A stretch of 60,000 nt of DNA from Lama glama (taxonomy: Eukaryota): contig CM052817.1 of NCBI GenBank assembly GCA_028534125.1, positions 746,001-806,000 of the forward strand, read 5' to 3'. Below, piece after piece: positions 34,720-47,100 of this stretch. Positions within the stretch are counted from its first letter, which is position 1. Every line of letters begins with the position of its first letter. The notes under the pieces are model-generated. The model saw nothing but the letters and a program-made list of their open reading frames with translations. It made no database searches and was not told the DNA's origin. The position numbers and the translations under genes were made by a program.

Positions 34720-35710
34720 AACACAGGAACCCTCCATGCTCAGTGATGGAGAAAAGACGTTTCTGAAAAGGGTGTGGGGCCGACCACACATCCACACAAA
34801 AAGACGAGGAAAGTCCGACCCTGACCTGCTTCATCCCACACGTGAACTTCAGTTCAGAGAGTGTGGGCTTCAAGCTAAGGGCAAAACGGCAGCACTTCCT
34901 GAAGAAAGCATAGGAGAGTATCTTCCAGACTCAGGTCAGCAAAGACGTCTTAAGTGGGACACAAAAAACACTCACGTGGACACATTCGTCTACGCTAAAA
35001 TTTAGAATTTCTTTTCATCAAAAGACACCATTAAGAGAAGGACAAGGCAAACCACAGGATAGGAGGAAAGATCTGCAGAACACACATCCGAAGAAAGACT
35101 CACAGCCAGGATATATAGACCATAAGAAGTGCACACCACCCACAGGAAAAGGAGCAAAAGGACACCAAAAACGACACACTACCGTCCGTAAGCCCAGGAA
35201 ATGGTGCCGACCTCACTGGTCAAGGCCGTGAGGTCAGAGCCGCAAGGAGACACCACACCTGACCGGGAGAAAGTACAGGCTGAGGTGCTGCTGGCGGACA
35301 CGCTGGGCAGACCTTCCCCACAAGTGGAAGCAGACGTCCCAAAACAGCTGGCACGTAAACGCCATCAGCGGCACTGTTCTTAACAGCCAGTCGTGGACAC
35401 AGCCCAAGCGTCTGTCCAGCAAACAGGGCAAAGGAACAACCACCGAAGCACCAGCCACATGGCAGATTCCAGAAGCGTTCGCGTCGAGTGGAGAAGCCAG
35501 ACTCCAAGAGCAGGTGCTGTGCCACAGCACTTCTGTAACGTTCCAGGACCCGCCAAGCCACCTGGGGCCACGGGGCCTTCCCGGGGCAACGGAGACGTGT
35601 GGTGTGGCAGGGACCAAGTTACTGTGTACCCAGCTGGCAAAAGTCACCCACTCAATACCAAACACAATCTGCACACGTCAGTGTATGCAAATTATACCTC
35701 ACTGGAAAAA
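34720..35710 (+). mobile_element. Ancient L1ME-type ORF2-end/3' fragments in intron 2
   Basis: TTCATCAAAAGACACCATTAAGAGA...ACACATCCGAAGAAAGACTC...GTATGCAAATTATACCTCA. Confidence 0.65.
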
Positions 35711-36845
35711 TCTCCCTTAAACGTAAGAGTTTTGAAAGCTGAGCTTTGCACCAACCCCAAGTCTGGACCCGTGCACACGGACACGCCGGAGGCACACACC
35801 GCACGTGACCCTCCCTGACCTCGCCCCTGCCCCCACACCCCTCCACCCCGCACCCTTTGGAGGCCGCACGGCGGCCGCTGGCCCCGGCCCCGCTCCCCAC
35901 CCTGCAGCAAAGTTGGCTGCTATCCTGACCCGGATTGTGGCTTCTGCTTTGGCCCCGCCCTCACTGAGAATGGACGCCAAGCACCTGTCCCCACAGGGCC
36001 CCTGGCACAGGCACCCTGTGAGGCCCTTCCCCAGGCTCCATCCGGCTCACCACCCACCGCTTCGGTGCCACCAAAATCCAGCCCTGCGTCACTTCTCAAC
36101 ACCCTCTACCCACTCTGCTTCTCCCAGCATGCCACAGTGACCCCCCAGGCACCCTGCTCACCGTCCGCCTCCCCTCAACACCCCCAGCATCCAGAACAGC
36201 CCCATCCCTGCTCTCGGGGAGCCTCGAGCCCAAAATCAAACAGGTGAGAGAGGTGACGGGGAGTCCTTGCTCAAAGACACAATCGTTTGTGTATTTCACT
36301 GCGTAGGTGATTCCTGGTCTTCAAGAAGTGAATGTCAGGAAGAGCAGGTGCTACCAGCAAAGGCTGTGCACCCACGCGCGGTGCCGAGACCACGCGGGCC
36401 CGCCGGCGAGCCTCCCCAGGAGTTCGGTGAACACCCACATAACACGTGGGGCTTGTCTCCCAACACGTGCGTCCCGACAGAGACGCATGGGGCTTTCACC
36501 AGAGTAAAATCCTCTCCATCACCATGGGCAGAATTATAGGTCAGAGTTTTCTCGTCATGGTCTCTTTACAAAAAGAACTGCCTGTGGCCCCCTTCCTCGT
36601 GGACCATGGGTGACACACAGGCCAAGCTCTGGGCGCAGGCGCCTGGGGCCAGGCCCCCAGCATCAGGCAGGCGCAGAGACTCCGCTGCCTTCCTCTGGGC
36701 CTATGATCCAACCAGATGGGGCTGGTGGCCTGAAGGTCACAGTAACATGACCCTAGAAAATGGCTCCCTGGCGTCCCCCATGTCCTTCCACCTGGCCGAA
36801 GCCCGGCTTGGGCAGTGTCCCCCAACCCCGGGGTGGGCAGCTTAC

Positions 36846-36923
36846 CGGGCCAGCATCGTAGCTCTTGTGGGTGAGGTCGTCCAGGCTCTGGTTCTGCAGC
36901 TTCTCAGTGATGAGGGTGACCAT
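36846..36923 (-). CDS. FAM53A: FAM53A first coding exon (coding part of exon 2): MVTLITEKLQNQSLDDLTHKSYDAGP
   Basis: ATG at 36923-36921 in strong Kozak context (ACCATGG). FAM53 family N-terminal motif. Donor GTAAGC follows 36846, phase 0. Confidence 0.96.
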
Positions 36924-37095
36924 GGTCCAGGGCCTGTGTTCTCTGTCCACACCAGCAGGCCCTAGGGTTCTGCAACATCGGGCTTCAGGAGGCCCAGGCT
37001 GTTGCGAGGTCCGAGCCAACCCGCCAGGCTGCGTTTGTTTTAAAAATCAGTGATCCATTCCCAAGGGCTCCTCAGAGCTTCATGTCTGGTTTTTG
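36924..37095 (-). other. FAM53A: FAM53A exon 2, 5' UTR portion
   Basis: Acceptor TTTCCCTTTAG (AG at 37097-37096), 172 nt upstream of the ATG. Confidence 0.7.
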
Positions 37096-37547
37096 CTAAA
37101 GGGAAATTGTCACACGTGACTACGCGCAAAACCACCCGGCCAAGGCTACACTCACCTGCCGGCTCCACGCGTGCAAGTGTTCCTGGTCTTCCTACCTGAC
37201 AAAGGCTCTCCCGCTTTAAAACTGCCACTAGAGTCCTCTCCTGGAAAATGGAACGAAAGCAGGGGTCTGGCTGATAGGCGCAGGTGAGAACCAACACGGG
37301 AGGTCTTCCCGACCCCTGCTCCAAACAGCGGGGAGGAGGCCCTGTGATACCTCGGAAGCTAGAAAGCCACTGGGAAGCGGACCTTCAGCCAGCAGTGGGG
37401 ACGCCCCAGGGACCACCTGGACCCACTTGGCTGCTGACCGCCAGCCACTGGGCGCAGCAGCTAAACACCCCTCCCCAGCTCCAGCCAGCCAGGCCAGGGC
37501 CCCGCCCTCAACTCAAGGCGGGGCTTCCTCCCAGGAGAGGAAAGGGG

Positions 37548-37619
37548 GATGCAGGTCTGCAGCAGGCCCAGCGGGCGGTGATGCAGGTCTGCAGCAGGCC
37601 CAGCGGGCGGTGATGCAGG
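37548..37619. repeat. Perfect 32-bp tandem duplication (2.25 copies)
   Basis: GATGCAGGTCTGCAGCAGGCCCAGCGGGCGGT twice, followed by GATGCAGG. Confidence 0.95.
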
Positions 37620-39399
37620 GAGGGGCACTGGCCTCACCAGGGACCCAGCTCCCCACAGAGACCAACAGGGAGAGTCCCCGAGTCTGCATGCAGCTGGTCA
37701 CCCCACCGCCACACACAGCCTCACCCCTCCCTGGTGGCCCTGCTGCCTATGAGCAGCTGCCAAGGGCCACCAGCCCAGGAAGCCGTAGACAGAGGCCACA
37801 CGGACAGGAAAACCCCAGCAACCTGGAGACACAGGCACCGGAGGACGAAGCCTTCAGCAGCGTGCTCAATCCCACCTCAGAGGGGAAGGTGGTGTGCCTA
37901 CAGAACACAGTCAGAGCACCCTGCACAGGGAACACCTAGAGAGAAAGGAAAAGAGCTCTTGGAGATGAAACTCGAGCAGTGAGGGGACCTCCGGAACCTT
38001 CAGTTTAGGTTCCTAACTGCCACCAGAGGCCTCCTCGGGCCCAGCAGGCTGTCCAAGGCAGACGGCAGACGGCATGCAGCAGGTGCCAGGCCCCACCTCA
38101 AACCGACCATCCCCCTCTGGGCAGCATCACTGCCCCCAAGCCCCGGTGTGGATGAGGACAGAACCCTGCCGTGACCCCTGCCAGGACCTCAGGGAGCACT
38201 CAGCGTCCTGAAATGCATTCGCAAAACAGACCGGCAGATCCGGGAGGAACCCGTACGACACTTCCACAGATGCTAAGAAGACGCAGCACACCTTCCATTC
38301 CCAAAACACACACGTGTGCTCTCAGCTGGCATCGACAGGCCTCCTCAGCGTGGCTCTGAAACACCAGGCCTGAGGCCAGCATCCTCCCAGGTGGGGAAAC
38401 GGAGGTGTTCCAGAAAACACAGGGGCAGGACAGAGCACCCATGGTCACACCACACCTCGGCGCACGCCGGGCAGACGCGGGACGGCATGGGGCCCCCCTG
38501 TCAGCAGGAGCGTGTGGACCCGCGGGTGGCGTGCGCCCCAACCACAGGCCCCATCCACAGCAGGGGACTATTCGAGGCCAGGAGAGGCACTTGCTGTCAG
38601 CACTGTCCATGGCCATGTCCCCTAGTCTGAAGCCCATCCATGAGCTCTTCAGCACCTGGTGTGCTCAGCACTGACAGCACTCCCAGGGCCCCACCGTCTG
38701 GACAGGGGCACAGCAGGGACGCCAAGGCTCAGACAGGAGGGCCAGAGCCAGCCAGCTCCCCCGAGGGGCAGCTCTGTACCATGAGGGGCTCTACTTCAAC
38801 ATGTTTGGAGCCAGGGAGCCAAATCACAGGGGGCCACATGGCACCGCCAGCCACAGACACCCCACCAGCCCAAGTCATGGGCAGGGCCAGCCAGGCCACG
38901 GAATGGCACCCACAGCTCAGCCAGGTTCTTCCTGCCCCTGCACACACCCACTCGGGCCCCGCACAGGAGAGGGGCGTTACAAGGGCCCCTTCAGCTCGAC
39001 GTGGGACAGGCCAGCCCACAACGGCCACGCACTGCCCCCAACAGATGGTGAGGGGGCAGCGTCCTCTTCTGCCCTCTGCCCACCGTGCCGGCTCCTCAGG
39101 GTCTCTGAGACCCTCCTGTGACGCCCCCTCCGGAGTCAACATAATCCTAGAAAGGTGACAGCAGTCACAACAAAATTTGAAAAAATTACAAAACAAGTAG
39201 TAGTTTACTTTCAAAACAGGCCCACATCCTTGGAGGGCTGGCTGATTTCCAGGCTCAGGGCGGGGAAGGACCAGCAGAGACTGGAGCACCTCCAGGTGCC
39301 AGAGGTCCAGGACCGGTGCAGGAAGTGCTGACAGGGCCCGGGAGCCAAGAGAGGGGGCAGCAAGTGGGTCGTACTCCCCAGGGAAAATGAGACCCACAA

Positions 39400-40330
39400 A
39401 TCCACTCAGATGTAAATAACCGAAAAAATAGAGAAGTGGGGGAGGGGAGGCTCTCCCTGTGGGTATGATGCCAACTCAGAAAGGTGGATGGAATGACAGT
39501 GTGTTTTTAATCACCACCTGACAAACATCCCATGATGTTTCAGGCAAGATTCATCAATGAAGCTAACACCGGGGGGTGGAAGGAGGAGAAGCAGGTATCA
39601 CACAGCCCCAGAGCATCTGCCGGCAAGACACTCCTTCATCACAAAGGGAGGTGCTGACTGCACAGCAGAGAGGCCTGACGGCACCGAGCAGCCGGGGCGG
39701 GCATGGCCAGTCCGGGACAAAGTGGCACTGGGGACACACTGGTCAGCACACAGCAGCCCTCCCACACCCTAGATTCCTGCCTGAAACGGAGACCCTGAAT
39801 TAGCTGTGAGGAAAGTCAGACAAGCAAGGTGAGCTGCGCAAAGCATCAGCAGCAGTCAGCAGCGGCAGGGCCGTCAAAAAAGACGAGCGCGGAGGCCCCG
39901 CCCCGTCCACGACACGGGAGGACAAGGTGGCCAGCACGTCATGGGGTCCTGGGTCTGTGACAGGGCTCAAGGGGACAGTGGCCAAAGCCTGCGTGGGCAC
40001 TGGGGTCAGACCCAGCACTCATCTCACGTGTCCTGATCCGACCCCGACACTGCTCCATGTCAGGGTGGACACCAGGGGGGACACGTGGCCCTAAAGAAGC
40101 ACACAGCCAGGTGGAATGGCCCTCCCATGACCACGGAAGAAGTGCAGGAAAATGCAACAGAACAGCTTAACGCAAACACAAGCTGGCCAGCGGGCAGACA
40201 GGTGCCCCGTACCAGGCATGGCAGCTGCGGGAACATGACCGCGTGGAGGGGACCCCTGCCCTCCGAGGGGGTAGGGGCTGGGGCTGCGTGGAAGGAACCG
40301 GACCCTCGTGTGCAGCACTGTGATCTCCCT
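39400..40330 (+). mobile_element. Highly degraded L1MC/ME-type 3' UTR fragments
   Basis: TCAGGCAAGATTCATCAATGAAGCTAA...CCTGAATTAGCTGTGAGGAAAGTCAGACAA. Confidence 0.45.
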
Positions 40331-40394
40331 CCCAGAGTAGGGACGCACCACTCGCAGTGACGATCACAGATTCACAACCCTGCGCACCAGCTCC

Positions 40395-40802
40395 CCGGGG
40401 CTGCCACCACAGAGCTCCCAAATCCATTTCCTCCCAGTTCTGAGGCCAAAAGTCAGAAGTCAAGGTGTCAGCAGGATGGTTCCTGGGGCTCCGAGGGGGC
40501 ACCCCTGTCCCTCCCCAGCTTCCAGCGGGAGCCGTGGCCGGCAGTCCTTGGTGTCCCTTGGTTGTGCCAGCACCCCCATGCCAGCCTCCACCCCCACTGC
40601 ACACGGCCTTCTCCCTGGGTGTCCTGTCTCTGCATCTCCTCTTATAAGGACACCAGTGACTGGACTGAGGTCCACCCTAACCCAGTATGACTTTATCTTG
40701 ATTTTTACATCTCAGCCACATCTGCAAAGACCTTGTTTCCAAATAAGGTCACATTCACAGGTCCCAGGTTCAGGACTTGAGCAGATCCTTCAGGGGAACA
40801 CA
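40395..40802 (-). mobile_element. MLT1C/D-type MaLR LTR
   Basis: CAGTTCTGAGGCCAAAAGTCAGAAGTCAAGGTGTCAGCAGG...TCTTATAAGGACACCAG...CATCTGCAAAGACCTTGTTTCCAAATAAGGTCACATTC. Confidence 0.85.
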
Positions 40803-41984
40803 AGGCCAGGCCAGCTCCCCTCACAGGAGATGGAATGACCAGGACGGACGGTCATAACGCACAGCCCATCCCTGCTTGAGACGCAGCGTGATGAGCCCAG
40901 GATGGGCAGCTCAGGACAGTGTCCCGGCCCCGGGGTCATGCTGCCAGCTGGTGGCAGGTGCAAAGAAGGACAGGAGCAGGACCCCGTCCCTGGCAGGGCA
41001 GCCCCCAGGAGGGGTGCCAATGAAGCCAACACTGGAAGCTGAGGCGATACCAGGAGAGAGGCGCAAAGCCAGGCCTGGGTGCCAAGGGGGATGCAGATGC
41101 CAGTCATGAAAAAACTGACCGGCCCTGCTGACCGGGAGGGGAGGGGAGGGGAGGGAAAGGGGCTCTATCCCACAAGCCACTGCATGGACTGAGGAAGGCC
41201 AGGCAGCTGGGGCTCCTCACGGTCTCCGGGAGCACAGGTGGCCTCCGACTCCCACCACAGCCCCTGCACAGGAAGCAGCCCTCTGAGATCCAACGCACAC
41301 GCACCAGACCACCCCCCGGGCCCCAGGGAACCCTCCTCCTGTGTCAGGTGAACCCACGCCAGAGGAAGCAGGATAAAGGACTCAGCTCCACTTTTCCTGC
41401 GATAAGAACTTCAAACACATCATCCTCACCTCCAGGGATGCTGGTCCTTCTCTGCAACCAAGCCAGCCATTCTGTGGCTGACCTCCCCTGGCTCTTCCCC
41501 TCCCCTCCACCCCTGTGAGGCTCAAGCCACCTCCGCCATCCCGGGTGGGTGCAGTCGCTAGGCTGTTCCTTCCCGTCCACTCGGCCTCAACAGAAAGCAA
41601 CCACAGGGTTCCAGCCCCCAGGGGCAACTGGTGGCCGCAGGGCGGAGGCCAGAATCATCACACTGGCCCCCAGGCCCCCAAGGCCTGGCCCTCCTGCTCA
41701 CCTGGTCCCAACCCACCTCTGCACTTAGCACGCGGGCCACACAGGGTGTCCTCCCGGCCCAGGCATGTCATGCAGGCAGCAGGCGCCCCGCACGCTGCGC
41801 GGGGATGAGCCCGAGCACAGGCCAGCCTGGGCCGCGAGGACCTCTGGCTGGCTGCTCTGGCCATGCCCACTCCCTGGACTCCACCCTCCAAAAGGGCACC
41901 AAAGTGGGCTTTGTTTTTCTGGTTTTTCATTTCCATTTATTAACAGAGTCAGATGCGGCGTCCGTGAAGCCGTAGGTGAGTGTC

Positions 41985-42305
41985 CCGGAGCAGCCGTGCA
42001 AGCGCCACAAGTGGTGCCGAAACACGGTCTCCTGGCTCTGGGGGCCGTGCTCCCTCTGGGGGCGCAGGCAAGTCTGCTCCAGGCTCTGCCCTGGCTGCTT
42101 GCCACTCCCTCGCCTGTGAGGGCGTCCCTCCCCGTGTCTGTGTCCAAAGTCCCCGTTACAGGGACCCCAAGCATTTGGGATCGGGGCCCCCACTCCAGTG
42201 TGAATTCAGTTTACCTACCTGCCTCTGCAACAACCCTACTTCCAAGGCCCTGGGGCTTAGGGTTTCAACGTGCGAGTTTTTAGGGGACACAAGTCAAACC
42301 ACAAC
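41985..42305 (-). mobile_element. Degraded MLT1-type LTR
   Basis: GTCTGTGTCCAAAGTCCCC...TCTGCAACAACCCTACTTCCAA...TTTTAGGGGACACAAGTCAAACCACAACA. Confidence 0.65.
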
Positions 42306-43979
42306 AAGGCACATCCCTTCCATTGTGGCAACAATGGCAATGCCGCTGCGCTTCTGTACCACACAGAAGGCCAGCACCCACCCCCTCCCCAGCCCTGCCC
42401 TCGGTATCTGTTACGTCCACACTTAGCAGTGCACGTGCACAGCTGTCCTCGATGGTTCCATTTCACACATTACCTACAGACTCTGTGGAGCAGCGTGGCG
42501 CAGGTCTCCAAGCCTCCCGCTAAGTCATCACTGACAACACGCTGTCACTGTGAACGGTCCTCCAGCTGAGACACACAGGGGAGGCTGTTTCCCAAGGTGA
42601 GTAACTCCCTCCTCCTCCGCGCGGTTTCTGCCCAACACGCTCTTCCCACCAACCCCTCGAAGGAGTTGTAACTCGACAAGCAAGCCTCGTTTGGCCAGAG
42701 CCATTGGGACGGCCTGCAGCCCTTACGCTCCTGGACCAGGCACAGGCCAGCCTGGGGAGGGATGCCTCCCCCAGGTCCAAGTGCTGCCAGCAGCTGGGCT
42801 GGGCCTCGCCCTCCGCTTGCGGCTCCCGGAGCAGGGGGCCCGGCGGGCGTGTAATGCCTACACCCCTTCTCTCCTCCCTGGATGCCAGCCAGGCTCCCCA
42901 AATCTTCCCTCTCCCAGAGCTGGGAAGCGTGCAGGGGCCTTGGGCAGGGTCTTCTGAAGGGGGAAACTGAGCCACTGAGGCCTCAGAGATGTGCTGGCTT
43001 CATTGATGAGTCCGCCAGCCCCCTTTCCCAGGTCTGTTTCTAGAACAGCCAGCCCTCCCAGGCCTCCACCTCTGCTACTTTCTTGTTGCTGCTGAACTGC
43101 TGCCACGACCAGCCCTGGACTTCATCTTCCAATGACGCTTGTTTCTGTACCTCCTGTTTAGCCACCAAGGGCCCTCCGCACCTCTGAACGCCCTGAGCCT
43201 CGGCCCGCTCTCCTCTAAGGCTGAACCCACCACAGGGCTCTCCTCCTCACGGCTCTCCCGTCCCAGCCATCCCAGCCCAGCTCCCTCGCTGGTCTCTGCT
43301 TTCAGGCCGGAGGTTCCCGTGTGCCGATCACCTTGCTCTCCATTCCTGCTAAGAGAGGGATTCTCGAGGCCAAGACCCGCTCGGGACGGCCAGCACTCAG
43401 CCCGGCATCTCCACGCGCGGCCGCCTGGCCCTTGGGGAGGTGAGCGAGGACCTGCAGTTCAGTGAATCCATGTGGACACGGAGGCTCCAACAGCGGCAGC
43501 CTTGGGGCACAGGCAGAGCCACCTCCACACGTAGCCTCTCTCTGCCACCCAAGCCAGACCCCGCCACCGGCTGCGAATCGGACACCGGACTCAAGCCTGA
43601 GCTCTGGACAGGCCACTCCAGCTCCTGCTGGCTGGCTTCTGACCCACGAAGTGGGGAGAAACTCTCCAGTACCCGCTTAGCTGTTGGGCCAGGGCCCACC
43701 CCAGCACACCCAGAAGGCCAAAGCCAGGCGGTTTCAGACATGAAAGCCTCAGGTTCCGGCGGTTTTCATGAAAAAAAGTGTGAAGCCCACCAGCACCTCA
43801 AGGTTGAGAACATCCCAAGTTCCAGAAGCGTCGTAGCTAACACAGCACAACCTCGCAACTAACACAGCGGCACCAACTCCAGCTTCTCTGATTTTTCTTT
43901 TTATTTAGTTTTCTCTCAAAGAGCACTTGAACAGAAACTCCTAACCTGGTTGAACATTAGTTATTAACTAGCGATCGCT

Positions 43980-44350
43980 GGTGCAGGGTTTTTAGCACAT
44001 GACTGCAGACGCTCTGGCACGCCCCCCATGAGAAGGTGGAGTTTAATTGCCCCTTGACCAGACGCAAAGTGACTTCCAGGTGCCACAAAGGCCTGGTCCT
44101 TTTTGGGACACGCCTCGAAGGTGCCATGCTGCAGGCAGCCCCACTGTTCACATCTTCCCAGCCCAGGAACCCAACACAGAGTGAGGATGTCCCAGAGGAG
44201 ACACCTAGCCCCAGCCCCCATCTGACCAAGCTGCACAAGGCTGCTCCAAATTCCAGGCCCCGAAATCCTGAGCAGTAATAAATGATCATCGTTGTCTGAA
44301 GCCACCAATTTTGGAGTTCGTTTGTTACACTGCCATAGTAACCAAAACAG
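43980..44350 (+). mobile_element. MLT1F/H-type MaLR LTR
   Basis: Ends in AAGCCACCAATTTTGGAGTTCGTTTGTTACACTGCCATAGTAACCAAAACA. Confidence 0.75.
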
Positions 44351-46494
44351 GGATACTTAGCAAAGCAAACGGAGCCAAATGCCCCTTTCTCGCTGTTGGA
44401 GTGGGTCACAATCACCAGTCCTGCGTCACAGCAGGCTGGGAAGAAGGGGGGGTGGCCGTGTCCCCAGGATCAACACCAGCCGCACAGGTGAGGTTACTGC
44501 AGCCTGCCAAAATCGCCTGACCACTTCCCACTGGTGGCATGCAGGTACGACTCCACTTGAGGGGCTCAGTACCTTCTCTAACAGAACACGGTGGGTGCCG
44601 CACTCAGTGATCCCTGGAAAAGCCCAAGGCAGACACAGCCCTGCGCACAGGACCATGGAAGTCTTCTTGAGAAGACTTTGAAACAAGAAAATAAGACAAA
44701 AATCACATGTCCTAACTAACCAACATCTTACTAATATTAAAACCCACAACTAGAGGGTTTAGACAACAGGACTATTAATTTAAAAGTGCCCAGAAACCAT
44801 GTTTGAACCGTTATCTCTGCAAGCCAACAAAGGAGAAGAAACTCACATCTTAAAAAGGAGATTTTCGTCGTCACCTCTCTCCTAGTGCGTGCAGACTGCA
44901 CCCAAAATCTTCCTTCTGAGAAAGGACACAAGGTGGGCTCTGATTGGCTGCACAGAAGACCCAGGGTCGGACCCGGGCTGGCCTGCTCAGAGCTGGGCTC
45001 TCCCAGGCCAGTGACCTCACCTCTCTGGAGAAGAACCACCCACCTCATGAGGCTGCAAGGACTCAGACTAAGGAAGATGCAGGAAAGTGCTGGGTCCCTG
45101 GCACACACGTTAAATTAGGACCACTTATAACAAATGCTGAAATGACTGTGAAAGTCAATTTTCCTTTGAAAAATATTATGGCAGAAAAAGTCAAAAAGGT
45201 TTATATAAAATTTTAATTTGCTTTAAAAAAAAAGTTTTTGAGTGTTTCGAATGCACCTGTGAAAAAACACCTGACTGTTCTCCTGGTCCTTTCATCTCCC
45301 AGTAAACAAACAGCAGCCTGTTCCCTGTGCACACTGTGCAGATGAGCAGATGTCTCTATGACTAGGGAAGGTCCTGATGTGCCCACTTACAAAGAAGAAA
45401 AAGACAACAACGTTGGCATCCTCTCCAGTACATGTTTCCAGTAGCTACAAGAACAGTGCTCCCCTTTGCGGCTCCAAATTCAAAGTCAAGAAAATGTCAG
45501 GGTCCACCAAAGGGCATGCCCGTTACGGTGGCTCTTGTTCACCCTCCTGAGATCCTTAAAGTGGCACCACAGAGCACACAAGAGGGACTGAGCTCCAGAA
45601 CAAGGTCTAAGTTCTCTGCACAGTGAGCCACGGGAGGAGGCCAGTTTAAAGAAAAGCCACTGCTTCTAAACAATTGCTGTTTCGATTTCAAGTTGGGGGC
45701 AATTTCGAGTTGTCAAAATTGAGACAAACTGTTCCCCTGCTTTCTACCATCAGAGTGCGAGGCTGGGCTTCCCTGTCGGGACCTGCTTTGATGGGGACAC
45801 ACTCAAGAGACAGTGAGGTCACAGCTGAAGAAACAGAATCTATATGTTCAAGTTAAATTCTTGAAATGTTGTGAAACTGAAGCGCAGTCTTGAAGCCAAG
45901 TTAATCCACCCTGAAAGCTTTCAATGCTGAGAGATCATCATAAACTCAACTAAGCAATGAGTCAAGTTTGACTTTAAAAAAAAATGTATTTTGACATTAG
46001 GGAAGTTTAGAGTCCAGCAGAAGCAGCCTAAGATAAGATGCAAACACTTCAGCCAATTTAACATAGACTAACACATTTCAGACCTGCAACTGCACTCAGA
46101 GTGAGGGAAAATGAAGTAGAAATAAAGCAAAACACACACTATCCATCTAACGCACCTTTCTCCACCGACAGGAAGTCTTACGACTCAAACCTCTCGTCTA
46201 TGCAGAGAACGCAGCTTCGGAATCGACTTCCAATCACCTTCCACAGGTTGTTGGGGGGTCCGGCCTCCCCTCGTCGTGTGGGCCCACCTTTGGGGCTTCG
46301 TCAGGGCACAGCTTATCACATCAAACTTCCTGTTTCTCGCTGCAAGATGACAAGACACATGAGCCCCAAGAACCGCTGGAGCCGCGCGTCTCGGCACCGG
46401 AACGACAACAGCCCGCAAAGGCGACACCCAAAGTCGGTTCAACAAGTGGCAGCGCGCCCGAGGCGCGGCCCCTCGCAGTCAAAGGGTGCGTGGA

Positions 46495-46765
46495 GTGCAC
46501 GGGGGCCCCGGGTGCGCAGGGTCTCGGGGCACACGGGACCCGGGGCGCAGGGCTCTTGGGACGCAGGGGGCCCAGGGTTCCGCGCGGCTCCCGGGGCGCA
46601 GGAGTCTCGAGACCTGGGACTCTTGGGGCGCGCACGGGGCCCCGGGCTGCGCGGGGTCTCGGGGCGCAGGGGGTCCTGGGCGCGGGGGGCCCGGGGCCTG
46701 AGCCGGCCCGGGGGTCGTGCGCGCGGCAGGAGTCCCAACCCCGGGTCGCGAGCCCCCGGGTCCCC
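46495..46765. repeat. Degenerate G-rich minisatellite-like array in the CpG island (intron 1)
   Basis: Recurrent variants of about 16 bp of GGGGCGCAGGG(G)TC(T/C)C. Confidence 0.6.
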
Positions 46766-46999
46766 GCGCCCTCAGTGACCCGCCCGCCGCGCTCTCCGGG
46801 TCCAGCGGCGAAAACGCTCGGCGCCGGCACCGACGCGGGTGGAAAAGCATCGGGCCGCGCGGGCCGGGCCCGGCGCGCTGACGGGAGCGGACACCGTCCA
46901 GCCCAAGTTCACGCGCGGCCCCGCGCCGGCGCGCGCACGCACAACCCCGGGCGCGCGCACGCAAGGACGGGCGCCTCGCGGGCCACGCCGGGCCGGTAC

Positions 47000-47100
47000 C
47001 TGAGCGCGGCGGGGCGGGCTGAGCGGGGGAGGCGCTGGCCCTCAGCCGCGCTCCTCCCTCCAAGGACGACGCGCCCCAGCCGCGGCGAACAGGACCGCGG
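47000..47100 (-). other. FAM53A: Probable FAM53A non-coding exon 1 (5' end uncertain)
   Basis: CAG|GTACCG donor-like site at 47000/46999 in the core of the CpG island, with GC boxes just upstream. Confidence 0.5.

Larger units (their letters stand above)
25965..47100 (-). other. FAM53A: FAM53A gene span (5 exons, 4 coding); TSS and cleavage site approximate
   Basis: Four GT-AG bounded coding exons join in frame (78+55+701+279 = 1113 nt, 370 aa plus stop), from MVTLITEKLQNQSLDDL to ELDLEQIENN*. CpG island at the 5' end, AATAAA at the 3' end, adjacent to SLBP. Confidence 0.95.

Noticed and set aside
13678..37619. Short direct repeats considered as CRISPR-like arrays
   Set aside because: They are two-copy tandem duplications with no unique spacers and no cas genes, in a mammalian genome.
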